From: an uncultured candidate division Zixibacteria bacterium
GTDB taxonomy: Bacteria; Zixibacteria; MSB-5A5; GN15; FEB-12
Length of the DNA stretch: 64,000 nt
NCBI GenBank assembly: GCA_963735035.1
Contig: CAVTJJ010000002.1
Span: forward strand, 100,963 to 164,962
Direction: 5' to 3'
The position numbers were made by a program, and so were the translations under genes. Under the pieces are notes generated by a model. It saw nothing but the letters and a program-made list of their open reading frames with translations, did no database searches and had not been told where the DNA came from. Shown here piece by piece: positions 29,001 through 38,102 of this stretch (its first letter is position 1; every line of letters begins with the position of its first letter).

Positions 29001-31301
29001 TCCGAGAAATCTCAGGAAGAGACCAGGACGTTCGTGATTGACCCAGGGACTCATACTTGAATCCGAATACTCATGTCGGAATATTTCGTAATTGTCAGGC
29101 ATGCTTGTCGCATATCCGATACCATCATCGTCATTGCCATATGTTAGCCTAATAGTGTCAGTACGATCGACATCACGCCAGGGATACTGAGCATGTACAG
29201 GTACAGTGTCGCCCCAATTCTTTGTAGTGTCTGTTGGAGCATTGACAATGATGTTCTTAACTCGACAGCCACCACTGACCCAATGATTGGTGCCAATATT
29301 AAACTCATCCGACTCATAGTCGTAACCGTATGTCACCCCCTCCGGTGTAGTCATCTTGGTGAGCGACCATGCCTGTGGATATTGATAGTGGTAGCCGAAG
29401 AACTCCCGGAACGTCCACGCCCTGGGGATTAACCGAGTAGTATTCTCGAACCAACCCTGGTTCCTCAAATCAGCGTTGTCCCAAATTCTGTTAGATAGAA
29501 GGTAATGTGGGTATGGTAAGTCTTGTCCCAACACCCAACTACCGTAATTGTCAAAACTGTGCCAGAATCCATACCCACTTGTGTCAGACCATCGAAACTT
29601 CGAAAGTGGCCCATTTGGATCTTCCAATTTTAGGTCGTACGCAAAAGTGTACCGTTTCTTGTACCCAAACGGCGCAAGCTCAGTAGCAGAGTACAGTGAC
29701 GGTTCGTAGAAGGCGCCTTGTAGCCTATTGTCAGTACCGATGACAACGCTCCGCAAAGTAGCTTCTCCATCGCGCATAGGAAGATCATCCTGTTGTGAGA
29801 AACCGCTCCCATTGTCATAGAAGAAATTGTGCCACTGCTTCTTGAGCTGCGCGCTGTCTCGATATTCTTGGCGTAGTACGCTATCTGGACATTCGTAATT
29901 GAATGTCGCTGCAAAGATAGGTTCGCCTCTCTCCGCGTCGCCAATCCAATTCCCCACCGGCTTGGTACTGTCGCCGCCGTATTCGAATACCCTTATCCTA
30001 GATAGCACATAATCGACTGTCCTGTCGCCCGGATTCCAACCGGCATAGACCGGACTAGAAAGATCACCTCTCCCGGAGCGCCAGTATCGTATGTTGCGAA
30101 ACTTATTCGCCAGGGATTGCAGACGAAAGTCCACGACGACCGTGGGTGTGACAATCTTACGTAGATAAGTAACTTCAGTAGTATCAGTCCAGGATTGACC
30201 GTCACCGTTCGGACTGTTGATCCATTTGCCGGTTAACCGCGCCAACTTCGTGTTTTCGGGATTATTGTTATACCCGTCTCCTGGCTGATGACCGGTGTAG
30301 ACGAACTTCACCCAGGCACCACTATTGTATGCGCGAGGATCAACTTCGCAGTTTGGACTCCCGCAATCCAGCGGATCGAGCGGGTCTCCGCCCCCGTCGA
30401 CATAATCATGACTGAGAATAGCTGAAAGCATCCACTCCCCATTTTCAATGAGGCTCTCATCATATGCCACGTTGCAGGTGCCACCGAATATTTGCCCCGA
30501 CGGAGTTCGGTAGAAATCCTCCACCGGACCTCCCGTGGCCGATCGCCGCAGCGCGAACTTAAATACATACCGAGTAGCGTTTTCATCCACCAGAACAAAG
30601 TAATTGTAGCGTGTATATTCCCACTGCGGTGACCAGATGTCGGGGTTGCCGATTTGATAGCTAGGCATGCCTTCGCAGTGTAGATAGTAGATAGGGAATC
30701 CATAGATATATGTCGTATCAACCCAGCAGGAGTCACACACTACGTGCCTCACCGGATCAACATCGACATATAGCGAATCCAGCGAATGCTGCATCGGAAC
30801 GAAATGCGGCTGCTCGATCGTCCCGGTGTTGAAGAACCTTAGCGACTTACCCGGGATGTCGACCTGATATACGTCGTGCACAAAATACCGGGACTGATTG
30901 TCCCGGTCATGGTACGTAAATGATTGAATATCATCACCGTTGACCGTAACCCTCTTGACTGACCACCCTCCGAGATTCCAACCAAGGCCAACCCAGCTGG
31001 CTGACTGATCGAGTTGAATTCCCGACTTGTATGAAAGTGTCAAAGGCACCGGTATCTTACCGGGAACCTCAAACAAGGGGATTGATACACGCAAGTCTCC
31101 GTCCGCACCCACCGTATTATATTTCTGATTCATTTCCAGAAAACTCGTGCCGATGGCTCCGGTTTCCCTTGGCAGGCTAAAGACGTAATTCGTGGGCGCA
31201 TCGATGGGCCCGCTCACTTCGGACATGGCGTCCAAGGCAATGCACACCGAAATCGCCGCCAGAATAGTAACGACCAACAGAGTGTTACGACTGTAGGACA
31301 T
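23052..31301 (-). CDS. Giant (2749 aa) secreted RHS/YD-repeat toxin with a putative permuted papain-like (NlpC/P60) tip
   Basis: Signal peptide; SIPLFEVPG..PLTLSY..SWVGLGWNL N-terminal shell motif; RHS core DHLGS..FRYTGQ..RYYDP..DPL..NNPVKFVDRQG; tip GH...YALFGFNCAD. Confidence 0.92.
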   Translation of the reverse strand: MSYSRNTLLVVTILAAISVCIALDAMSEVSGPIDAPTNYVFSLPRETGAIGTSFLEMNQKYNTVGADGDLRVSIPLFEVPGKIPVPLTLSYKSGIQLDQSASWVGLGWNLGGWSVKRVTVNGDDIQSFTYHDRDNQSRYFVHDVYQVDIPGKSLRFFNTGTIEQPHFVPMQHSLDSLYVDVDPVRHVVCDSCWVDTTYIYGFPIYYLHCEGMPSYQIGNPDIWSPQWEYTRYNYFVLVDENATRYVFKFALRRSATGGPVEDFYRTPSGQIFGGTCNVAYDESLIENGEWMLSAILSHDYVDGGGDPLDPLDCGSPNCEVDPRAYNSGAWVKFVYTGHQPGDGYNNNPENTKLARLTGKWINSPNGDGQSWTDTTEVTYLRKIVTPTVVVDFRLQSLANKFRNIRYWRSGRGDLSSPVYAGWNPGDRTVDYVLSRIRVFEYGGDSTKPVGNWIGDAERGEPIFAATFNYECPDSVLRQEYRDSAQLKKQWHNFFYDNGSGFSQQDDLPMRDGEATLRSVVIGTDNRLQGAFYEPSLYSATELAPFGYKKRYTFAYDLKLEDPNGPLSKFRWSDTSGYGFWHSFDNYGSWVLGQDLPYPHYLLSNRIWDNADLRNQGWFENTTRLIPRAWTFREFFGYHYQYPQAWSLTKMTTPEGVTYGYDYESDEFNIGTNHWVSGGCRVKNIIVNAPTDTTKNWGDTVPVHAQYPWRDVDRTDTIRLTYGNDDDGIGYATSMPDNYEIFRHEYSDSSMSPWVNHERPGLFLRFLGDNADHVIQYPRITWHLPGNNGTIEQYYLTTDTMPSHRRVTMKFRTTTNNYVVNTMGRSDISFYNAFWLDRSTLHGVNYKTIMRDANRREVSYDEKVYSWPIVTASLFPQTDGFETSRFTFQSSRFDCDTIAISYNLRLDKNIVRKDGVSTTTNFTYETGPLARLISSSQVANGKERITEYEYAATGIAGQTTVFDNRHYLSLKTEAVTREVPGDVRAQQLFTYKSDFPSQNRSGQQAVFYLHETKDSVDNFSAPNKYLVTEVLDVDRLGNPVAVRMPDGTETGGVYSHRGLEASFANVDGDNWAYFSEDETVPGFTPPNQPPRLHLHAPSSIVGPVAPTFTGARSCLIPATNATQVEGIGAFWASPPAGMYVAECWVISPGSGGTAQLYLTNQSQTVTAAMTATNQWQHLVCSLQVTQGQLLSVGTQATMDSAYVDNFRVYPVGSLASSFTYDPLLRKTTAAGPDNVPSRAFYNQYGDLSCVADYKYSPIEDREWFYKSTEPLTRPSYDLPTTQFDKGLRYRADMPNAVYTLKGRGTGICDDFSSSRLHQYQYDTTLSLANGRLWFEANNSSPFARHGDLVVPVQPFNDGIMFFDVLDSIEYTFGACDNTQSGGDELWSHLWYGCENDQGGGYGVCITDSHHFMVFRYSNQNEYENSRQYLANIELHLLGDSGLGNCGYASGNDAWGMEYSVRVSKGKQRLGVGRIGNDLYFFINNDCVYRLTDTYFGSTKFTALHLRLRRGSDEICSLRSWVDNLVFVSDPTVTADFINSFGKVKQTQTFDGSRIAITGATYTFDGQKECGFKPVWLTPSATYGCFSWINDEVNPFDFVTSYLNSESMFAWQPGTALDAGCYLTSYYQDSVVMPDVYDAGLQVPYTYAQYSDDPLRRPWVMSPPGAFRDYPITQDYRSSDTTMYGYSAPSYAADSVFDELIIDENNNVVHTYRDKLNRVIGSSRTSFASEEVDCAGSAKDTSVVINCHGEYPGYQEGVYYQSYSLTIPQHTEPSPQVAQVESKFHFDAADELCDSALYTSVYRNDTLVVHRTGAGGMCQLSDWTDYNAIDVKAGDYIILIAAYPEGYGPWGYVDLRFKFDVCDGALVPLDTADVYTTTKFYKNFFGNDTLVVQPEEQGIHRHYNNHGWLTLDSAGDYGVEEHLYDKNGNPRFTLTASDGFYNPNRFHYMKYDPHSRPVEEGVILGVLHRTQFNAFIPEYPSPSTHDTAEYRVTARYFYDQGEFGRGRLTKAVSYASGHSDSASWEEYVYDAYGRVAQKKQYICGIDTASITRDFAMTYNSIGQQLQVRYPNQKYVNYSYNRAGQVTQVADSVSSMRVQFDYWPTGQVRKKAFGSTGTAQIVDYKYNARDWLVSINDGQVTNVESGSGDHVGLELTYNSNAYAGPQSQFPAGYYNGNIASYTARVSDAAVTGGVRTTVQKFAYDPLDRMAGEDFTGNTLPSPTAQLYGYDRNGNLTNVRRASNSLLLQGYSYYPGTNQVRCIGPSLNCSTDNFLYMPSGSIYRYESEDMDMSYNYAEQLAGRVRQGQVLRDSVHYWYNTSGQRIAKKTEEVLDMQCWAEGDSTGINDDPVSGQSMRPPGGSTLDSMMRSRDALSLESEAAPRAKVAPTLNGKTPGDGGGGEGYWYPCPEKETARWGYYYLGGDMLSDYFKAGASTTLYGNYVYANGERIAKFKAGLQTDVAYYVGDHLGSVLATIGYNGNVKTHNLYRPWGEMLSSKVIGPSANNFRYTGQYLDEELGRDIAYYGQRYYDPALKIFTSPDPLWYKDPGTGSYVYCRNNPVKFVDRQGDSVTLFIDHDRAYGAGHMFGAVGNDRTGWTVLSFERKGGDGFPLYTGGDLDVQRFGEPLQDIMDAELQIQNGYVADEAKMWETSAEFDQKVMDRINQIKNGGDDPAYALFGFNCADAAIYILFGIAPTEIPGPALPNLYFKVLKGDKTLKSPTQKASGDKKPKGWNSEVKIDAYDPENGMPPLEP

Positions 31302-31603
31302 AACGCCCCCTTGTATATATGTAATGTTATTCTAATCACTGCAAATCTTCCATACTTCACCACGGATGTCGTCGTTGACATCAATATGACTGATGAAACA
31401 ATGGCGGTTGCGCCTGAATCAGGCGTTCAGTTCATCCCAAAACGATACTGGGTATATGTTAGATTTCTTGATGCTAATATCACTAATGATGGGCCATTTT
31501 GTCAAGGAAAATCTGACAGAATCTGTCATCACACGCAAATTAGTTCGTGTGTGTGATCAATCACATCATGTGAATGATTGATATCATGTAAACGATTGTT
31601 CGT

Positions 31604-32800
31604 TCAAAGCGTGTTGACGAGTTCGAACAGAGGCAAGTACATGGCGATGAGAATGAAAGCAACAAGGATGCCAAGGAAGATGATGATGATGGGTTCTATC
31701 AATGATGTGATCGTCGTGATTTCCGAATCGGTCTCGCTATCATAGTAATCAGCGGCGCGGGTGAGCATGGGACCAAGTTGACCCGTTTTTTCGCCGGACG
31801 CGGAGAGCTTCAGGACGGCCTTAGGAAACAATCCGGTGGACCCGATTGCTTCGGTAAACGTCTTGCCCTCAACTAATTGCATGTTGGCCGGCTCCAATGA
31901 AGTAGACACGTATCGGTTACCGGTGGTCTTGGATGCTATCTCCAACGCCTTCAGAATATTCACACCGCTTGTCAACAATGTCCCCATGGTCCGACAGAAC
32001 CGGGCCGTTACTATCTTAATAGCGAGCCTGCTGACGAGAGGCGTGCGGACCAGCAGCTTATGCACCCTGTACTGAAATCCTTGAGTTGTGCTCAACCACA
32101 CACCAGTTGACACGATAGCTGCAAGCGCAAGCAATATGTATACCAAATTGGTTCGCATTGTGTTTGATAGGCCAACGATCAAGCGCGTGAGAGCTGGAAG
32201 TTCGGCGTTGAAGTTCTCATACATGGACGAGAACACCGGCACGACATATAACACCAGAGCGAAGACCACCAGCATCGCTACAACTATTACCAGCAGCGGG
32301 TAGGCCATGGCGGTCCGAATCTTGCGAGTTGTAGCCTCCCTCTTTTCACGATAAGAAGCAATGTTATCAAAGGCGAAGTCCAATTGCCCAGAGGACTCAC
32401 CGGCCTCGGCCATGCTGGAGTACAAATCGTCAAAGAGCACCGGATAATCTCGGAACGACTCGGCCAGGCTCCGGCCCGACTCCACCTGCGCGAGCACGCC
32501 CTCGAAGACAGATCGCAAGGACCGGTCCTTTATCTGGTCAACCACGAGGTCAAGCGCTTCAACCACAGTCACTTTGCTTTGGAGCAGGATATGTAGTTGG
32601 CGTGTGACTCTGGTCAGTTCCGCTGAGCGGAAGGCACGGAGCAACCATTGCTGCCAGTCGCTTAAGGCTGGCCGAGCGGCCTGAAGATAAATGCCTTGAT
32701 CTATCAGCCGCCCTTCAAGATCAGTGCGGTCAGAAGCCACAGCAAAACCCTCGACCGTAGCTCCGTCAATCCTCTTTCCAGAATACCGGTATCGTGTCAT
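31604..32800 (-). CDS. gspF: Type II secretion/type IV pilus platform protein GspF/PilC
   Basis: TRQL..LL.S, AGESSGQL, AMAYP, LIEP...IAMYLPLF. Confidence 0.93.
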   Translation of the reverse strand: MTRYRYSGKRIDGATVEGFAVASDRTDLEGRLIDQGIYLQAARPALSDWQQWLLRAFRSAELTRVTRQLHILLQSKVTVVEALDLVVDQIKDRSLRSVFEGVLAQVESGRSLAESFRDYPVLFDDLYSSMAEAGESSGQLDFAFDNIASYREKREATTRKIRTAMAYPLLVIVVAMLVVFALVLYVVPVFSSMYENFNAELPALTRLIVGLSNTMRTNLVYILLALAAIVSTGVWLSTTQGFQYRVHKLLVRTPLVSRLAIKIVTARFCRTMGTLLTSGVNILKALEIASKTTGNRYVSTSLEPANMQLVEGKTFTEAIGSTGLFPKAVLKLSASGEKTGQLGPMLTRAADYYDSETDSEITTITSLIEPIIIIFLGILVAFILIAMYLPLFELVNTL

Positions 32801-32805
32801 GGCGC

Positions 32806-32834
32806 TTTACAAACGAATGATTTGCGTTTATAAT
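32806..32834 (+). promoter_or_regulatory. Sigma70 promoter for the gspE operon
   Basis: TTTACA-N17-TATAAT in the 36-bp divergent gap. Confidence 0.6.
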
Positions 32835-32836
32835 AT

Positions 32837-34306
32837 ATGGAATACTACGCGATTAGGGAACTGAAATTCGTGGCTGTCACTGAACACAACACTCTGGACC
32901 AGGGATTCTGCTCCCGATTCCGTGTCTGTCCGGACAACTCTGGCAGCGGCAGGATGTGGATCAGCGACCAAACCGACATTGCCATTCTCAGCTTTGTCCA
33001 CAAGTCATTGGTGACCGGGATAGTGCCTATAAGGGTGTCCGATGCCGAGCTTGATTCCAGGATTGCCAGCTACTTTGGAATTGAATCAGGACCCCGCAGT
33101 CCTAACCACCGAGAGCCCGGGCAGGATACAATCCAGGATCAAATCGTCAGCGATAGTCAGATCGTGCGTGATATCAATACCATCATTTCCGACTGCATTT
33201 ACTCCCGAACCTCTGACATTCATTTTGAACCCCGTGAAAAGGAATTGATCTGCAGAAAACGGATCGATGGCATCCTGATTGAACACAGACGTATCCCCAG
33301 CGAGTCGCAGGCGGAGATGATCTCCCGAATCAAGATCATGGCAGGGCTGGACATTGCCGAAAAACGTCGCCCTCAGGACGGTCGCATTCGCTTCCCGATA
33401 GATGGCCGGTCGGTTGACATTCGAGTGTCGGTGATCCCTACCGATTTCGGAGAAAAGGCTGTCCTGCGTCTGCTTGACAAAGAAAGCCTGCGACTTGACC
33501 TCGGTGATCTCGGATTTACAACCGGGCAGTTGGCCTTGTTTCGAGATCGGATATCAGTCAAGAACGGCATAATCTTGGTGACAGGTCCGACCGGTTCGGG
33601 GAAAACGACAACTTTGTATGCTGCCCTGCAGCACTTGAAGTCGCCAGATGTGAACATCTCTACAGTGGAAGATCCGATTGAGTACAATCTGGCGGGAGTC
33701 AACCAGACCCAGGTTCAGCCAGAAATAGGGCGTACCTTTGCGGCCATGCTCCGGGCAATGCTTCGCCAGGATCCGGACATCATCATGATCGGTGAGATAC
33801 GAGATCGGGAGACGCTTGACATTGCCATCCGAGCGTCGCTGACAGGCCACATAGTTTTGTCAACGATTCACACGAACAGCGCCGTGGCCACTGTGCCGCG
33901 ACTTCTTGATATGGGTGCAGAGCCGTATTTGCTGGCCTCCTGTCTCAAGCTCATTGTCGCCCAGAGATTGGTTAGGCGGCTGTGCACAGACTGTTTATCT
34001 ACCGCCTTTGATGATACGTACACGGCGTCAGCACACAAGCTGAGCATTGACCTAGACCCTCAGGCTCGTTCCAGCACCGGCTGTAAGGTCTGCAATCAAA
34101 GTGGCTATCGAGGCCGCACGGCTATATACGAAATGCTTTCAGTCGACGACAAGCTTAGCCAGGCCATTACCAGCAAAGCCACCGAACTGGAGCTTCTGAC
34201 CATGGCGAGACAAAGCGGTTTCCTGACCATGGCGGATACAGCTTCTGGATTAGTGAACGAAGGCATCACCTCGCCGACTGAAATATTGAGGGAACTCAGC
34301 GCTTAA
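32837..34306 (+). CDS. gspE: GspE/PilB family assembly ATPase
   Basis: SDIHFEP, DIAEKRRPQDGR, Walker A GPTGSGKTT, LRQDPDIIMIGEIRD, STIHTN, CxxC..CxxC. The true start may be GTG 32870. Confidence 0.95.
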   Translation: MEYYAIRELKFVAVTEHNTLDQGFCSRFRVCPDNSGSGRMWISDQTDIAILSFVHKSLVTGIVPIRVSDAELDSRIASYFGIESGPRSPNHREPGQDTIQDQIVSDSQIVRDINTIISDCIYSRTSDIHFEPREKELICRKRIDGILIEHRRIPSESQAEMISRIKIMAGLDIAEKRRPQDGRIRFPIDGRSVDIRVSVIPTDFGEKAVLRLLDKESLRLDLGDLGFTTGQLALFRDRISVKNGIILVTGPTGSGKTTTLYAALQHLKSPDVNISTVEDPIEYNLAGVNQTQVQPEIGRTFAAMLRAMLRQDPDIIMIGEIRDRETLDIAIRASLTGHIVLSTIHTNSAVATVPRLLDMGAEPYLLASCLKLIVAQRLVRRLCTDCLSTAFDDTYTASAHKLSIDLDPQARSSTGCKVCNQSGYRGRTAIYEMLSVDDKLSQAITSKATELELLTMARQSGFLTMADTASGLVNEGITSPTEILRELSA

Positions 34307-34325
34307 ACCTCGGGAGAGATCGAAC

Positions 34326-36263
34326 ATGAGATATTCTGCCATCTTATTACTTGCCGTCGTTTTGATCATTCCCGTTGGTACCCCAATCTTCTGTCAGAGC
34401 AGGCCAGCAGTCGCTGATTCTACGCACACAGCCGAAACCGCGGGATCGGTCGATACGGCTGCAACCGCAGTTGTTCCCACTCCGGTTGTAGTGGATACCG
34501 TTGTGTTGGTACCTAAGCTGGATTTCGCCAACATCAGGCTTTTCGATGCTCTTACGGCGTTGGCTCGCGCCTACAATCTATCTCTGTACATCGATTCATC
34601 GGTAACCGGCAACATCTCGTTGCGTCTTGAGAATGTGCTGCTGAACGATGCTTTGCTGTTCATTATGAAAGAGCACCACCTGACCTGGGAACGAACCGGA
34701 GATATCATCAAGATATTCAGACCGGCACCACCCGTACCCAAACCGGCCCCTTTGAACATACAGTACGCAGACGGACTGCTGTCCGCCGATTTGGACGACG
34801 CCGATCTTAAACGGGTGGTCGATACTCTGATTGCGATGACCGGTCGAAACATCATAATCGAGGATCGGCTTCAAGGGAAGGTGACTGGCAAGATCAATCA
34901 ACTGGCAATAGGCAAGGCGCTTCAAGTACTGTTGCCGTCCAACGGCTTTGCCATACGAGAAATTGATAACGTCACATACATAGGGCGCCGGGATGGCGAG
35001 CCGGGTGACAAAGTCCAATCTCACAATCTTCGCGTGACATGTGACAGCGGGCTGGTAACTCTTGAGGCCGCGAACGTGCCGCTGTCCGACGTTATCTCGA
35101 TGCTCTCATCAGAATGTGGCGTGAGTATCGTCATGCAAGCAAGACTCGAAGGTACGGCGACAGCACAGCTATCGCAGAAGTCGGTCGAAGAGACTCTGAC
35201 CAGTCTGCTAATGAGTTCCGCGTATACTTTCAAGGAGACCGACGGCGTATTATTTGTCGGTAATCGTGATTCGCAGGACCTGTATGTATCCAAACTCGTT
35301 TCCATGGACAACTTGGTGGCGGCGACTGTAGAACCTCTCATACCGGTGGCCCTGTCCCAGCAGTTGGCCGTGAAAGTGGTTAAGGAGCAGAACGGTCTCC
35401 TGGTGACTGGACCGCTGACGGCCATTGCCCGGCTGGAGGACTTTGTTCGAGAGATCGACATCCCGTCAGCACAAGTTCTCTTCGAGGTACTCGTTGTCGA
35501 TTACCTGACTTCGGAGCAGGCCACTTTCAAATTGACCGCTAACAATTTCGGCGGTGATTCGGCTATGCCTGGTCGCACCTATTATCCGGGTTGGGACTAC
35601 AGTGTCAACGGCGAGGAAGCCAATGAAGGTTTGCGGTCAATGGAGCGACGTCTGGACCTGCCAAACCTGGGAGTGCTTGACGCCAATTTCTTCATGCGCC
35701 TTCAGGTGCTCGTATCAGAAGGAAAAGCCAATATACAATCGCGCCCCCAAATCGCCGCCCTTAACGGGCACACTGCCTCGATCAGTATCGGCACGACACA
35801 GTATTACCTTCTGAAGAGTGAGACTATATATCCGTCGTCACAGACTAACCTATCAACCCAGACCAGCCAGCGGTTCGAGACCATCAAGGCCAACATGAGT
35901 TTGGAAGTGACACCCTATGTAAGCCGCAACCGAGACGTAATTGTAGATGTAGCGCCGGAGTTCAGTACTCCATCGGGAAAACTCAACCCGGACATTCCCC
36001 CGACGATAAATAGCCGGGTATTGAAATCGACTGTCCGTCTTAAGGACGGTGAGACTATCGTTCTGGGTGGGCTGGTGCAGGATACCAAGTCAGCCAACAT
36101 TGACAAGGTACCGATCCTGGGATCAATCCCAATCTTGGGTCGGTTATTTCAGAACCGGACTTCTGAAGACAGTCGATCCGAGTTGATGATCTACATCACT
36201 CCGCATGTGTACTTCGGATCGGAAGGGGCTCTTAACCGAGACAGTCTCATTATTAAGCGATGA
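34326..36263 (+). CDS. gspD: Secretin (GspD/PilQ family) with N-terminal STN-like domains
   Basis: Signal peptide; QVLFEVLVVD, LKDGETIVLGGL, KVPILGSIPILGRLF, ELMIYITP. Confidence 0.93.
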   Translation: MRYSAILLLAVVLIIPVGTPIFCQSRPAVADSTHTAETAGSVDTAATAVVPTPVVVDTVVLVPKLDFANIRLFDALTALARAYNLSLYIDSSVTGNISLRLENVLLNDALLFIMKEHHLTWERTGDIIKIFRPAPPVPKPAPLNIQYADGLLSADLDDADLKRVVDTLIAMTGRNIIIEDRLQGKVTGKINQLAIGKALQVLLPSNGFAIREIDNVTYIGRRDGEPGDKVQSHNLRVTCDSGLVTLEAANVPLSDVISMLSSECGVSIVMQARLEGTATAQLSQKSVEETLTSLLMSSAYTFKETDGVLFVGNRDSQDLYVSKLVSMDNLVAATVEPLIPVALSQQLAVKVVKEQNGLLVTGPLTAIARLEDFVREIDIPSAQVLFEVLVVDYLTSEQATFKLTANNFGGDSAMPGRTYYPGWDYSVNGEEANEGLRSMERRLDLPNLGVLDANFFMRLQVLVSEGKANIQSRPQIAALNGHTASISIGTTQYYLLKSETIYPSSQTNLSTQTSQRFETIKANMSLEVTPYVSRNRDVIVDVAPEFSTPSGKLNPDIPPTINSRVLKSTVRLKDGETIVLGGLVQDTKSANIDKVPILGSIPILGRLFQNRTSEDSRSELMIYITPHVYFGSEGALNRDSLIIKR

Positions 36264-37600
36264 AGGTCAGAAGCGTCACAAGAAGTCGAGCTATTCTCAC
36301 CGAATTGTTGTCGGTGAGTACCCTAGAATACTACATCGTAGCCACGGAAGATGAGATTGGGTTCTGGATAGTATCCCGCTCCCGGATTGATTATCTCTAC
36401 CGTGAGCCAACGTTTGGGGTTGAAGGAATCGACTTTGAAGGCTTTTGCCGCAAGCTGCGCGATCACCCGGCATACTTTGGCCAACCGTTGCATATTCTCG
36501 TCGGCAACCACAGAGCCTGGACCTATATCAAACGGCTTGAAGGAACGTCGCCGGCTCAACTCTTGGAGAAACTGCAGACTATTCCAACGACTCACCTACA
36601 ATTGCTGCAGAAGACAATTCTGCTGCAGCAACAAAGAATCTTCGTACTCCAGGCTATTGAACGTGACTACCTGAAGACTATCGAATCAGCGACCAGAGTG
36701 AACGGAATTCAGGTACTCGACATAGCGACCTTGGGGGCCCGGCTTCTGGCCGGTTGTCCTCTTCCACCGGTAGGCAAGTCATCCACTTATTTGTACCGCT
36801 TCGAAGGAAACCATGCATGGTTTACGGTCTTCACGGCCAAAGGCGATATCCTCATTGACCCGTTGCCGACTGAGTTGTGCGACCAAAGTAGAACTGAAAT
36901 AATGGACACCCTCGACACCGCCTATCATGGAAAGACTACCGAGAACCGTTCAGTCTTCGAAGGTCAGTCAAAGGTCGCATCTTCAGCGGCCCAAAAGGCT
37001 CTGAGGCTCGGCCAGGTCTTGCGATCCGGAATAAAGACACAGCAGGTCATCCGTACATTGACCTACCGCGTAGCCTCTTCGCGTCCGGCTCTTGGACTTA
37101 ACATAGTCTTGAACAGTGCCCGTCTGCTGGCCATGTCGCTGATGGCAGTTGCTCTGCTGCTGGGAATGGCGACCGGGGTTACAGCGCTATGGTCAGCGGG
37201 TGTGGAACGGCCCTTGGAGGATTTCCAACACCGCTACAGCACCCGCTTGCAGCTTGCCAACCGTCTGGAGCAACTGAAGACCGAGGAATCCAAGTTGCGG
37301 ACCGTTCAAGGAGCTCCTCGACAAACGGCTGCACTGGTCAGCGCATTTTGCCAGAAAGCTTTCGGCAGTCTCTTTCTTTCAGAGTTGACCGTGCGATACT
37401 CATCCGAAGACTCGGTCATGGTCGAAGCTAAAGGCTCGGCCCGACGTGAAGCGACCGTATTTGCCTTGCGAGATCAACTTGCGGAGTTAATGGCGCCAAA
37501 CCCGGTGACGGTCAATTCACTTCGGCCGCGCCAGAGAACAGGCCAAGCAGGAATTGACTCACTCTTCAGCTTTGGCCTTACGGTGACACTGCATGAATAG
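36260..37600 (+). CDS. Putative PilM/PilN (GspL-like) assembly protein
   Basis: Operon position; cytoplasmic domain, one TM, coiled coil, then a PilN-like LFLSEL...VEAKGSA domain. Confidence 0.5.
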   Translation: MKVRSVTRSRAILTELLSVSTLEYYIVATEDEIGFWIVSRSRIDYLYREPTFGVEGIDFEGFCRKLRDHPAYFGQPLHILVGNHRAWTYIKRLEGTSPAQLLEKLQTIPTTHLQLLQKTILLQQQRIFVLQAIERDYLKTIESATRVNGIQVLDIATLGARLLAGCPLPPVGKSSTYLYRFEGNHAWFTVFTAKGDILIDPLPTELCDQSRTEIMDTLDTAYHGKTTENRSVFEGQSKVASSAAQKALRLGQVLRSGIKTQQVIRTLTYRVASSRPALGLNIVLNSARLLAMSLMAVALLLGMATGVTALWSAGVERPLEDFQHRYSTRLQLANRLEQLKTEESKLRTVQGAPRQTAALVSAFCQKAFGSLFLSELTVRYSSEDSVMVEAKGSARREATVFALRDQLAELMAPNPVTVNSLRPRQRTGQAGIDSLFSFGLTVTLHE

Positions 37601-38102
37601 CCTAAAGTCACGTCATCTTGTCTTCTTGCTCGTTGGAGTCTACTTATTGATCGCAGCCGGGTGTCTCATTCTGTCCGACCGCATGGTTGTGATGCTGATG
37701 GAGAGTGCTCGGACTATCGGACTGTCCGGCGAGGTTGAGAAAGGTCTGCCCGCCGTGGAATCCGAGATCAAAGCCTTGGAACGAGAAGTGGCGCAATTGG
37801 ACTCGACCGTCGCAATCAGTGCGAACCGGCTACTGCCAACGCTTCAAGACCTCAAGGAGCTACAGGGTCGTCACCGCCTGAGTCTGCTCCAGATGGAAAG
37901 GGTATCGAAACCGGCTGATAAGAGTTCTGGGGGACTGGAATACAATACCGTTCTAACCGGATCTGTCGGGGGTTTGATCCGATTCCTTCAAGAGTTGGAG
38001 TCGGCCTACATAGTGAAATCGGAACAAGTTATATTCCGACCCGCCAACGAGGAAGGATCAATCGTAGCAATTGGATTGACAGTGACAGTGAGGGAAGAGT
38101 GA
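37593..38102 (+). CDS. Putative PilO/GspM-like protein
   Basis: N-terminal TM, coiled coil and LTGS...LIRFLQELE motif. Confidence 0.55.
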   Translation: MNSLKSRHLVFLLVGVYLLIAAGCLILSDRMVVMLMESARTIGLSGEVEKGLPAVESEIKALEREVAQLDSTVAISANRLLPTLQDLKELQGRHRLSLLQMERVSKPADKSSGGLEYNTVLTGSVGGLIRFLQELESAYIVKSEQVIFRPANEEGSIVAIGLTVTVREE

